DNA of 64,000 bases from Antedon mediterranea (taxonomy: Eukaryota; Animalia; Echinodermata), in the NCBI RefSeq assembly GCF_964355755.1, contig NC_092679.1, positions 8,958,201 to 9,022,200 of the forward strand, in the 5' to 3' direction. The stretch's first letter is position 1, and the number at the start of each line of letters is the position of its first letter. This document shows positions 11,001-24,420 of this stretch, piece by piece. The position numbers were made by a program, and so were the translations under genes. Below the pieces are notes generated by a model. The model saw nothing but the letters and a program-made list of their open reading frames with translations, made no database searches and was not told the origin of the DNA.

Positions 11001-14000
11001 ACTAGTTTTTTCGAAAATCACAAAATGGTCTAAAACGTCTCCAAATGCGATTTGAAGCTATTTTAAGCACTTAGGTGCTTTTGTGTAACCAAGTTTTTTT
11101 GAAAATCACAAAAGGGTCTAAAATGTCTCCAAATGTGATTTGAAGCTATTTTAAGCACTTTGGTGTTTTTGTGTTAACAAGTTTTTCGAAAATCACAAAA
11201 TTGTCTAAAACGTCTCCAAATGCGATTTGAAGCTATTCTGTACACTTTGATGTTTTTATGTTAACAAGTTTTTTCGAAAATCACAAAATGGTCTAAAACG
11301 TCTCCAAATGCGATTTGAAGCTATTTTAAGCACTTTGGTGTTTTTGTGTTAACAAGTTTTTCGAAATGCTCAAAATGGTCTAAAACGTTTCCAAATGCGA
11401 TTTGAAGCTATTCTGTACACTTTGATGTTTTGTGTGAAAATTTTCTTTTGAAATGCTCAAAATGGTCAAAAACGTTTTTAAATACGATATTAAGCTACTT
11501 TGTGCTCTTTGATGTTTTTGTGTGAAATGTTTTATCGAAATGCTCAAAATGGTCTAAAACGGTTTCTAATGTGATTTCAAGCACTTTGATGTTTTTGTGT
11601 AACCAAGTTTTTCGAAAATCACAAAATTGTCTAAAACGTCTCCAAATGCGATTTGAAGCTATTCTGTACACTTTGATGTTTTTATGTTAACAAGTTTTTC
11701 GAAAATCACAAAATGGTCTAAAACGTCTCCAAATGCGATTTTAAGCTATTCTAAGCACTTTGGTGTTTTTATGTTAACAAGTTTTTTTGAAAATCACAAA
11801 ATGGTCTAAAACGTCTCTAAATGCGATTTGAAGCTTTTCTGTACACTTTGATGTTTTTATGTTAACAACTTTTTTCGAAAATCACAAAATGGTCTAAAAT
11901 GTCTCCAAATGCGATTTGAAGCTATTCTAAGCACTTTGGTGTTTTTATGGAAACAATTTTTTTCGAAAATCACAAAATGGTCTAAAACGTCTCCAATAGC
12001 GATTTGAAGCTTTTCTTTACACTTTGGTGTTTTTATGTTAACAAGTTTTTTCGAAAATCACAAAATGGTCTAAAACGTCTCCAAATGCGATTTGAAGCTA
12101 TTCTGTACACTTTGATGTTTTTATGTTAACAAGTTTTTTCGAAAATCACAAAATGGTCTAAAATGTCTCCAAATGCGATTTGAAGCTATTCTAAGCACTT
12201 TGGTGTTTTTATGGAAACATTTTTTTTCGAAAATCACAAAATGGTCTAAAACGTCTCCAATAGTGATTTGAAGCTTTTCTTTACACTTTGGTGTTTTTAT
12301 GTTAAGTTTTTTCGAAAATCACAAAATGGTCTAAAACGTCTCCAAATTCGATTTGAAGCTATTCTGTACACTTTGATGTTTTTATGTTAACAAGTTTTTT
12401 CGAAATACACAAAATGGTCAAAAACGTCTACAAATGCGATTTGAAGCTATTCTAAGCACTTTTGTGTTTTTATGTTAACAAGTTTTTTCGAAAATCACAA
12501 AATGGTCTAAAACGTCTGCAAATGCGATTTGAAACTATTCTTAGCACATTGGTGTTTTTATTTGAAACAAATTTTTTCGAAACTCACAAAATGGTCTAAA
12601 ACGTCTCCAAATGCGATTTGAAGCTATTTTAAGCACTTTAGTGTTTTTGTGTTAACAAGTTTTTCGAAATGCTCAAAATGGTCTAAAACGTTTTTAAATA
12701 CGATATTAAGCTATTTTGTGCTCTTTGATGTTTTTTTGTGAAAAGTTTTAGCAAAATGCTCAAAATGGTCTAAAACGATTTCTAATGTGATTTTAAGCAC
12801 TTTGATGTTTTTATGTTAACTAGTTTTTTCGAAAATCACAAAATGGTCTAAAACGTCTCCAAATGCGATTTGAAGCTATTTTAAGCACTTAGGTGCTTTT
12901 GTGTAACCAAGTTTTTTTGAAAATCACAAAAGGGTCTAAAATGTCTCCAAATGTGATTTGAAGCTATTTTAAGCACTTTGGTGTTTTTGTGTTAACAAGT
13001 TTTTCGAAAATCACAAAATTGTCTAAAACGTCTCCAAATGCGATTTGAAGCTATTCTGTACACTTTGATGTTTTTATGTTAACAAGTTTTTTAGAAAATC
13101 ACAAAATGGTCTAAAACATCTCCAAATGCGATTTAAAGCTCTTTTAAGCACTTTGGTGTTTTTATGTTAACAAGTTTTTTCGAAAATCACAAAATGGTCT
13201 AAAACGTCTCCAAATGCGATTTGAAGCTATTTTAAGCACTTTGGTGTTTTTGTGTTAACAAGTTTTTCGAAATGCTCAAAATGGTCTAAAACGTTTCCAA
13301 ATGCGATTTGAAGCTATTCTGTACACTTTGATGTTTTGTGTGAAAATTTTCTTTTGAAATGCTCAAAATGGTCAAAAACGTTTTTAAATACGATATTAAG
13401 CTACTTTGTGCTCTTTGATGTTTTTGTGTGAAATGTTTTATCGAAATGCTCAAAATGGTCTAAAACGGTTTCTAATGTGATTTCAAGCACTTTGATGTTT
13501 TTGTGTAACCAAGTTTTTCGAAAATCACAAAATTGTCTAAAACGTCTCCAAATGCGATTTGAAGCTATTCTGTACACTTTGATGTTTTTATGTTAACAAG
13601 TTTTTCGAAAATCACAAAATGGTCTAAAACGTCTCCAAATGCGATTTTAAGCTATTCTAAGCACTTTGGTGTTTTTATGTTAACAAGTTTTTTTGAAAAT
13701 CACAAAATGGTCTAAAACGTCTCTAAATGCGATTTGAAGCTTTTCTGTACACTTTGATGTTTTTATGTTAACAACTTTTTTCGAAAATCATAAAATGGTC
13801 TAAAATGTCTCCAAATGCGATTTGAAACTATTCTAAGCACTTTGGTGTTTTTATGGAAACAATTTTTTTCGAAAATCACAAAATGGTCTAAAACGTCTCC
13901 AATAGCGATTTGAAGCTTTTCTTTACACTTTGGTGTTTTTATGTTAACAAGTTTTTTCGAAAATCACAAAATGGTCTAAAACGTCTCCAAATGCGATTTG

Positions 14001-16829
14001 AAGCTATTCTGTACACTTTGATGTTTTTATGTTAAGTTTTTTCGAAAATCACAAAATGGTCTAAAATGTCTCCAAATGCGATTTGAAGCTATTCTAAGCA
14101 CTTTGGTGTTTTTATGGAAACATTTTTTTTCGAAAATCACAAAATGGTCTAAAACGTCTCCAATAGTGATTTGAAGCTTTTCTTTACACTTTGGTGTTTT
14201 TATGTTAAGTTTTTTCGAAAATCACAAAATGGTCTAAAACGTCTCCAAATGCGATTTGAAGCTATTCTGTACACTTTGATGTTTTGTGTGAAAATTTTCT
14301 GTCGAAATGCTCAAAATGGTCAAAAACGTTTTTAAATACGATATTAAGCTACTTTGTGCTCTTTGATGTTTTTGTGTGAAATGTTTTATCGAAATGCTCA
14401 AAATGGTCTAAAACGGTTTCTAATGTGATTTCAAGCACTTTGATGTTTTTGTGTAACCAAGTTTTTCGAAAATCACAAAATTGTCTAAAACGTCTCCAAA
14501 TGCGATTTGAAGCTATTCTGTACACTTTGATGTTTTTATGTTAACAAGTTTTTCGAAAATCACAAAATGGTCTAAAACGTTTCCAAATGCGATTTTAAGC
14601 TATTCTAAGCACTTTGGTGTTTTTATGTTAACAAGTTTTTTTGAAAATCACAAAATGGTCTAAAACGTCTCTAAATGCGATTTGAAGCTTTTCTGTACAC
14701 TTTGATGTTTTTATGTTAACAACTTTTTTCGAAAATCACAAAATGGTCTAAAATGTCTCCAAATGCGATTTGAAGCTATTCTAAGCACTTTGGTGTTTTT
14801 ATGGAAACAATTTTTTTCGAAAATCACAAAATGGTCTAAAACGTCTCCAATAGCGATTTGAAGCTTTTCTGTACACTTTGGTGTTTTTATGTTAACAATT
14901 TTTTTCGAAAATCACAAAATGGTCTAAAACGTCTCCAAATGCGATTTGAAGCTATTCTGTACACTTTGATGTTTTTATGTTAACAAGTTTTTTCGAAAAT
15001 CATAAAATGGTCTAAAACGTTTCCAAATGCGATTTAAAGCTATTCTGTACACTTTGATGTTTTGTGTGAAAATTTTCTGTCGAAATGCTCAAAATGGTCA
15101 AAAACGTTTTTAAATACGATATTAAGCTACTTTGTGCTCTTTGATGTTTTTGTGTGAAATGTTTTATCGAAATGCTCAAAATGGTCTAAAACGGTTTCTA
15201 ATGTGATTTCAAGCACTTTGATGTTTTTGTGTAACCAAGTTTTTCGAAAATCACAAAATTGTCTAAAACGTCTCCAAATGAGATTTGAAGCTATTCTGTA
15301 CACTTTGGTGTTTTTATGTTAACAAGTTTTTTCGAAAATCACAAAATGGTCTAAAACGTCTCCAAATGCGATTTAAAGCTATTTTAAGCACTTTTGTGTT
15401 TTTGTGTAACCAAGTTTTTTCGAAAATCACAAAAGGGTCTAAAATGTCTGTAAATGCGATTTGAAGCTATTTAAAGCACTTTGGTGTTTTTAGGTTAACA
15501 AGTTTTTTCGAAAATCACAAAATGGTCTAAAACGTCTACAAATGCGATTTGAAGCTATTCTAAGCACTTTTGTGTTTTTATGTTAACAAGTTTTTTCGAA
15601 AATCACAAAATGGTCTAAAACGTCTCCAAATGCGATTTGAAGCTATTTTAAGCACTTTGGTGTTTTTGTGTTAACAAGTTTTTCGAAATGCTCAAAATGG
15701 TCTAAAACGTCTCCAAATGCGATTTGAAGCTATTCTAAGCACTTTGGTGTTTTTATGTTAACAAGTTTTTTCGAAAATCACAAAATGGTATAAAACGTCT
15801 CCAAATGCGATTTGAAGCTATTCTAAGCACTTTGGTGTTTTTATGTTAACAAGTTTTTTCGAAAATCACAAAATGGTCTAAAACGTTTCCAAATGCGATT
15901 TGAAGCTATTCTGTACACTTTGATGTTTTGTGTGAAAATTTTCTTTTGAAATGCTCAAAATGGTCAAAAACGTTTTTAAATACGATATTAAGCTACTTTG
16001 TGCTCTTTGATGTTTTTGTGTGAAATGTTTTATCGAAATGCTCAAAATGGTCTAAAACGGTTTCTAATGTGATTTCAAGCACTTTGATGTTTTTGTGTAA
16101 CCAAGTTTTTCGAAAATCACAAAATTGTCTAAAACGTCTCCAAATGCGATTTGAAGCTATTCTGTACACTTTGATGTTTTTATGTTAACAAGTTTTTCGA
16201 AAATCACAAAATGGTCTAAAACGTCTCCAACTGCGATTTTAAGCTATTCTAAGCACTTTGGTGTTTTTATGTTAACAAGTTTTTTTGAAAATCACAAAAT
16301 GGTCTAAAACGTCTCTAAATGCGATTTGAAGCTTTTCTGTACACTTTGATGTTTTTATGTTAACAAGTTTTTTCGAAAATCACAAAATGGTCTAAAATGT
16401 CTCCAAATGCGATTTGAAGCTATTCTAAGCACTTTGGTGTTTTTATGGAAACAATTTTTTTCGAAAATCACAAAATGGTCTAAAACGTCTCCAATAGCGA
16501 TTTGAAGCTTTTCTTTACACTTTGGTGTTTTTATGTTAACAAGTTTTTTCGAAAATCACAAAATGGTCTAAAACGTCTCCAAATGCGATTTGAAGCTATT
16601 CTGTACACTTTGATGTTTTTATGTTAACAAGTTTTTTCGAAAATCACAAAATGGTCTAAAATGTCTCCAAATGCGATTTGAAGCTATTCTAAGGACTTTG
16701 GTGTTTTTATGGAAACATTTTTTTTCGAAAATCACAAAATGGTCTAAAACGTCTCCAATAGTGATTTGAAGCTTTTCTTTACACTTTGGTGTTTTTATGT
16801 TAAGTTTTTTCGAAAATCACAAAATGGTC

Positions 16830-17660
16830 TAAAACGTCTCCAAATTCGATTTGAAGCTATTCTGTACACTTTGATGTTTTTATGTTAACAAGTTTTTTCG
16901 AAAATCACAAAATGGTCTAAAACGTCTACAAATGCGATTTGAAGCTATTCTAAGCACTTTTGTGTTTTTATGTTAACAAGTTTTTTCGAAAATCACAAAA
17001 TGGTCTAAAACGTCTGCAAATGCGATTTGAAACTATTCTTAGCACATTGGTGTTTTTATTTAAACAAATTTTTTCGAAACTCACAAAATGGTCTAAAACG
17101 TCTCCAAATGCGATTTGAAGCTATTTTAAGCACTTTAGTGTTTTTGTGTTAACAAGTTTTTCGAAATGCTCAAAATGGTCTAAAACGTTTTAAAACACGA
17201 TATTAAGCTCACAAAACGTCTCCAAATGCGATTTGAAGCTATTCTGTACACTTTGATGTTTTTATGTTAACAAGTTTTTTCGAAAATCACAAAATGGTCT
17301 AAAACGTCTACAAATGCGATTTGAAGCTATTCTAAGCACTTTTGTGTTTTTATGTTAACAAGTTTTTTCGAAAATCACAAAATGGTCTAAAACGTCTGCA
17401 AATGCGATTTGAAACTATTCTTAGCACATTGGTGTTTTTATTTAAACAAATTTTTTCGAAACTCACAAAATGGTCTAAAACGTCTCCAAATGCGATTTGA
17501 AGCTATTTTAAGCACTTTAGTGTTTTTGTGTTAACAAGTTTTTCGAAATGCTCAAAATGGTCTAAAACGTTTTAAAACACGATATTAAGCTCACAAAACG
17601 TCTCCAAATGCGATTTGAAGCTATTCTGTACACTTTGATGTTTTTATGTTAACAAGTTTT
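16830..17660 (+). repeat. 382-bp tandem duplication including the truncated-monomer junction (ends approximate)
   Basis: TAAAACACGATATTAAGCTCACAAAACG occurs with its TATT at 17201 and again at 17583. Confidence 0.85.
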
Positions 17661-20600
17661 TCTTTACACTTTGGTGTTTTTATGTTAACAAGTTTTTTCG
17701 AAAATCACAAAATGGTCTAAAACGATTTCTAATGTGATTTTAAGCACTTTGATGTTTTTATGTTAACTAGTTTTTTCGAAAATCACAAAATGGTCTAAAA
17801 CGTCTCCAAATGCGATTTGAAGCTATTTTAAGCACTTAGGTGCTTTTGTGTAACCAAGTTTTTTTGAAAATCACAAAAGGGTCTAAAATGTCTCCAAATG
17901 TGATTTGAAGCTATTTTAAGCACTTTGGTGTTTTTGTGTTAACAAGTTTTTCGAAAATCACAAAATTGTCTAAAACGTCTCCAAATGCGATTTGAAGCTA
18001 TTCTGTACACTTTGATGTTTTTATGTTAACAAGTTTTTTAGAAAATCACAAAATGGTCTAAAACATCTCCAAATGCGATTTAAAGCTATTTTAAGCACTT
18101 TAGTGTTTTTATGTTAACATGTTTTTTCGAAAATCACAAAATGGTCTAAAACGTCTCCAAATGCGATTTGAAGCTATTTTAAGCACTTTGGTGTTTTTGT
18201 GTTAACAAGTTTTTCGAAATGCTCAAAATGGTCTAAAACGTTTCCAAATGCGATTTGAAGCTATTCTGTACACTTTGATGTTTTGTGTGAAAATTTTCTG
18301 TCGAAATGCTCAAAATGGTCAAAAACGTTTTTAAATACGATATTAAGCTACTTTGTGCTCTTTGATGTTTTTGTCTGAAATGTTTTATCGAAATGCTCAA
18401 AATGGTCTAAAACGGTTTCTAATGTGATTTCAAGCACTTTGATGTTTTTGTGTAACCAAGTTTTTCGAAAATCACAAAATTGTCTAAAACGTCTCCAAAT
18501 GCGATTTGAAGCTATTCTGTACTCTTTGATGTTTTTATGTTAACAAGTTTTTCGAAAATCACAAAATGGTCTAAAACGTCTCCAAATGCGATTTTAAGCT
18601 ATTCTAAGCACTTTGGTGTTTTTATGTTAACAAGTTTTTTTGAAAATCACAAAATGGTCTAAAACGTCTCTAAATGCGATTTGAAGATTTTCTGTACACT
18701 TTGATGTTTTTATGTTAACAAGTTTTTTCGAAAATCACAAAATGGTCTAAAATGTCTCCAAATGCGATTTGAAGCTATTCTAAGCACTTTGGTGTTTTTA
18801 TGTTAAAAAGTTTTTTCGAAAATCACAAAATGGTCTAAAACGTCTACAAATGCGATTTGAAGCTATTCTAAGCACTTTTGTGTTTTTATTTAAACAAATT
18901 TTTTCGAAACTCACAAAATGGTCTAAAACGTCTCCAAATGCGATTTGAAGCTATTTTAAGCACTTTGGTGTTTTTGTGTTAACAAGTTTTTCGAAATTCT
19001 CAAAATGGTCTAAAACGTTTTTAAACACGATATTAAGCTATTTTGTGCTCTTTGATGTTTTTTTGTGAAAAGTTTTAGCAAAATGCTCAAAATGGTCTAA
19101 AACGATTTCTAATGTGATTTTAAGCACTTTGATGTTTTTATGTTAACTAGTTTTTTCGAAAATCACAAAATGGTCTAAAACGTCTCCAAATGCGATTTGA
19201 AGCTATTTTAAGCACTTAGGTGCTTTTGTGTAACCAAGTTTTTTTGAAAATCACAAAAGGGTCTAAAATGTCTCCAAATGTGATTTGAAGCTATTTTAAG
19301 CAGTTTGGTGTTTTTGTGTTAACAAGTTTTTCGAAAATCACAAAATTGTCTAAAACGTCTCCAAATGCGATTTGAAGCTATTCTGTACACTTTGATGTTT
19401 TTATGTTAACAAGTTTTTTAGAAAATCACAAAATGGTCTAAAACATCTCCAAATGCGATTTAAAGCTATTTTAAGCACTTTGGTGTTTTTATGTTAACAA
19501 GTTTTTTCGAAAATCACAAAATGGTCTAAAACGTCTCCAAATGCGATTTGAAGCTATTTTAAGCACTTTGGTGTTTTTGTGTTAACAAGTTTTTCGAAAT
19601 GCTCAAAATGGTCTAAAACGTTTCCAAATGCGATTTGAAGCTATTCTGTACACTTTGATGTTTTGTGTGAAAATTTTCTGTCGAAATGCTCAAAATGGTC
19701 AAAAACGTTTTTAAATACGATATTAAGCTACTTTGTGCTCTTTGATGTTTTTGTGTGAAATGTTTTATCAAAATGCTCAAAATGGTCTAAAACGGTTTCT
19801 AATGTGATTTCAAGCACTTTGATGTTTTTGTGTAACCAAGTTTTTCGAAAATCACAAAATTGTCTAAAACGTCTCCAAATGCGATTTGAAGCTATTCTGT
19901 ACACTTTGATGTTTTTATGTTAACAAGTTTTTCGAAAATCACAAAATGGTCTAAAACGTCTCCAAATGCGATTTTAAGCTATTCTAAGCACTTTGGTGTT
20001 TTTATGTTAAAAAGTTTTTTTGAAAATCACAAAATGGTCTAAAACGTCTCTAAATGCGATTTGAAGCTTTTCTGTACACTTTGATGTTTTTATGTTAACA
20101 ACTTTTTTCGAAAATCACAAAATGGTCTAAAATGTCTCCAAATGCGATTTGAAGCTATTCTAAGCACTTTGGTGTTTTTATGGAAACAATTTTTTTCGAA
20201 AATCACAAAATGGTCTAAAACGTCTACAATAGCGATTTGAAGCTTTTCTGTACACTTTGGTGTTTTTATGTTAACAAGTTTTTTCGAAAATCACAAAATG
20301 GTCTAAAACGTCTCCAAATGCGATTTGAAGCTATTTTAAGCACTTTGGTGTTTTTATCTTAACAAGTTTTTTCGAAAATCACAAAATGGTCTAAAACGTC
20401 TCCAAATGCGATTTGAAGCTATTCTAAGCACTTTGGTGTTTTTATGTTAACAAGTTTTTTCAAAAATCACAAAACGGTCTAAAACGTCTCCAAATGCGAT
20501 TTGAAGCTATTCTGTACACTTTGATGTTTTTATGTTAACAAGTTTTTTCAAAAATCACAAAATGGTCTAAAACGTTTCCAAATGCGATTTGAAGCTATTC

Positions 20601-22339
20601 AAATAGCATTTGATGTTTTGTGTGAAAATTTTCTGTCGAAATGCTCAAAATGGTCAAAAACGTTTTTAAATACGATATTAAGCTACTTTGTGCTCTTTGA
20701 TGTTTTTGTGTGAAAAGTTTTACCGAAATGCTCAAAATGGTCTAAAACGGTTGCTAATGTGATTTCAAGCACTTTGATGTTTTTGTGTAACCAAGTTTTT
20801 CGAAAATCACAAAATTGTCTAAAACGTCTCCAAATGCGATTTGAAGCTATTCTGTACACTTTGATGTTTTTATGTTAACAAGTTTTTTCGAAAATCACAA
20901 AAGAGTCTAAAATATCTCGAAATGCGATTTGAAGCTAATCTTAGCACATTGGTGTTTTTATGTTAACAAGTTTTTTCGAAAATCACAAAATGGTCTAAAA
21001 CGACTCCAAATGCGATTTGAAGCTATTCTGTATACTTTGGTGTTTTTATGTTAACAAGTTTTTTCGAAAATCACAAAATGGTCTAAAACGTCTCCAAATG
21101 CGATTTGAAGCTATTCTGTACACTTTGATGTTTTTATGTTAACTAGTTTTTTCGAAAATCACAAAATGGTCTAAAACGTCTACAAATGCGATTTGAAGCT
21201 ATTCTGTACACTTTGATGTTTTTATGTTAACAAGTTTTTTCGAAAATCACAAAATGGTCTAAAACGTTTCCAAATGCGATTTGAAGCTATTCTGTACACT
21301 TTGATGTTTTGTGTGAAAATTTTATGTCGAAATGCTCAAAATGGTGAAAAACGTTTTTAAATACGATATTAAGCTACTTTGTGCTCTTTGATGTTTTTGT
21401 GTGAAATGTTTTATCGAAATGCTCAAAATGGTCTAAAACGGTTTCTAATGTGATTTCAAGCACTTTGATGTTTTTGTATAACCAAGTTTTTTCGAAAATC
21501 ACAAAATGGTCTAAAACGTCTCCAAATGCGATTTGAAGCTATTCTGTACACTTTGATGTTTTTATGTTAACAAGTTTTTTCGAAAATCACAAAATGGTCT
21601 AAAACGTCTCCAAATGCGATTTGAAGCTATTCTGTACACTTTGATGTTTTTATGTTAACAAGTTTTTTCGAAAATCACAAAATGGTCTAAAACGTTTCCA
21701 AATGCGATTTGAAGCTATTCTGTACACTTTGATGTTTTGTGTGAAAATTTTCTGTCGAAATGCTCAAAATGGTCAAAAACGTTTTTAAATACGATATTAA
21801 GCTACTTTGTGCTCTTTGATGTTTTTGTGTGAAATGTTTTATCGAAATGCTCAAAATGGTCTAAAACGGTTTCTAATGTGATTTCAAGCACTTTGATGTT
21901 TTTGTGTAACCAAGTTTTTTCGAAAATCACAAAATGGTCTAAAACGTCTCCAAATGCGATTTGAAGCTATTTTAAGCACTTTGGTGCTTTTGTGTAACCA
22001 AGTTTTTTCGAAAATCACGAAATGGTCTAAAACGTCTCCAAATGCGATTTGAAGCTATTCTAAGCACTTTGGTGTTTTTACGTTAACAAGTTTTTTCGAA
22101 AATCACAAAATGGTCTAAAACGTCTCCAAATGCGATTTGAAGCTATTCTGTACACTTTGATGTTTTTATGTTAACAAGTTTTTTCGAAAATCACAAAATG
22201 GTCTAAAACGTCTCCAAATGCGATTTAAAGCTATTTTAAGCACTTTTGTGTTTTTGTGTAACCAAGTTTTTTCGAAAATCACAAAAGGGTCTAAAATTTC
22301 TGTAAATGCGATTTAAAGCTATTTAAAGCACTTTGGTGT

Positions 22340-24420
22340 TTTTAGGTTAACAAGTTTTTTCGAAAATCACAAAATGGTCTAAAACGTCTACAAATGCGAT
22401 TTGAAGCTATTCTAAGCACTTTTGTGTTTTTATGTTAACAAGTTTTTTCGAGAATCACAAAATGGTCTAAAACGTCTCCAAATGCGATTTGAAGCTATTT
22501 TAAGAACTTTGGTGTTTTTGTGTTAACAAGTTTTTCGAAATGCTCAAAATGGTCTAAAACGTCTCCAAATGCGATTTGAAGCTATTCTAAGCACTTTGGT
22601 GTTTTTATGTTAACAAGTTTTTTCGAAAATCACAAAATGGTATAAAACGTCTCCAAATGCGATTTGAAGCTATTCTAAGCACTTTGGTGTTTTTATGTTA
22701 ACAAGTTTTTTCGAAAATCATAAAATGGTCTAAAACGTTTCCAAATGCGATTTCAAGCTATTCTGTACACTTTGATGTTTTGTGTGAAAATTTTCTTTCG
22801 AAATGCTCAAAATGGTCAAAAACGTTTTTAAATACGATATTAAGCTACTTTGTGCTCTTTGATGTTTTTGTGTGAAATGTTTTATCGAAATGCTCAAAAT
22901 GTTCTAAAACGGTTTCTAATGTGATTTCAAGCACTTTGATGTTTTTGTGTAACCAAGTTTTTCGAAAATCACAAAATTGTCTAAAACGTCTCCAAATGCG
23001 ATTTGAAGCTATTCTGTACACTTTGATGTTTTTATGTTAACAAGTTTTTCGAAAATCACAAAATGGTCTAAAACGTCTCCAAATGCGATTTTAAGCTATT
23101 CTAAGCACTTTGGTGTTTTTATGTTAACAAGTTTTTTTGAAAATCACAAAATGGTCTAAAACGTCTCTAAATGCGATTTGAAGCTTTTCTGTACACTTTG
23201 ATGTTTTTATGTTAACAACTTTTTTCGAAAATCACAAAATGGTCTAAAATGTCTCCAAATGCGATTTGAAGCTATTCTAATCACTTTGGTGTTTTTATGG
23301 AAACAATTTTTTTCGAAAATCACAAAATGGTCTAAAACGTCTCCAATAGCGATTTGAAGCTTTTCTGTACACTTTGGTGTTTTTATGTTAACAAGTTTTT
23401 TCGAAAATCACAAAATGGTCTAAAACGTCTACAAATGCGATTTGAAGCTATTCTAAGCACTTTTGTGTTTTTATGTTAACAAGTTTTTTCGAGAATCACA
23501 AAATGGTCTAAAACGTCTCCAAATGCGATTTGAAGCTATTTTAAGCACTTTGGTGTTTTTGTGTTAACAAGTTTTTCGAAATGCTCAAAATGGTCTAAAA
23601 CGTCTCCAAATGCGATTTGAAGCTATTCTAAGCACTTTGGTGTTTTTATGTTAACAAGTTTTTTCGAAAATCACAAAATGGTATAAAACGTCTCCAAATG
23701 CGATTTGAAGCTATTCTAAGCACTTTGGTGTTTTTATGTTAACAAGTTTTTTCGAAAATCATAAAATGGTCTAAAACGTTTCCAAATGCGATTTCAAGCT
23801 ATTCTGTACACTTTGATGTTTTGTGTGAAAATTTTCTTTCGAAATGCTCAAAATGGTCAAAAACGTTTTTAAATACGATATTAAGCTACTTTGTGCTCTT
23901 TGATGTTTTTGTGTGAAATGTTTTATCGAAATGCTCAAAATGTTCTAAAACGGTTTCTAATGTGATTTCAAGCACTTTGATGTTTTTGTGTAACCAAGTT
24001 TTTCGAAAATCACAAAATTGTCTAAAACGTCTCCAAATGCGATTTGAAGCTATTCTGTACACTTTGATGTTTTTATGTTAACAAGTTTTTCGAAAATCAC
24101 AAAATGGTCTAAAACGTCTCCAAATGCGATTTTAAGCTATTCTAAGCACTTTGGTGTTTTTATGTTAACAAGTTTTTTTGAAAATCACAAAATGGTCTAA
24201 AACGTCTCTAAATGCGATTTGAAGCTTTTCTGTACACTTTGATGTTTTTATGTTAACAACTTTTTTCGAAAATCACAAAATGGTCTAAAATGTCTCCAAA
24301 TGCGATTTGAAGCTATTCTAATCACTTTGGTGTTTTTATGGAAACAATTTTTTTCGAAAATCACAAAATGGTCTAAAACGTCTCCAATAGCGATTTGAAG
24401 CTTTTCTTTACACTTTGGTG
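22340..24420 (+). repeat. Recent tandem duplication of a 12-monomer, 1,041-bp unit (ends approximate)
   Basis: Private variants at offset 1,041: CGAGAATC (22451/23492), TGTTCTAAAAC (22901/23942), CTAATCAC (23281/24322), GATTTCAAGCTA, TTTCTTTCG. Confidence 0.88.
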
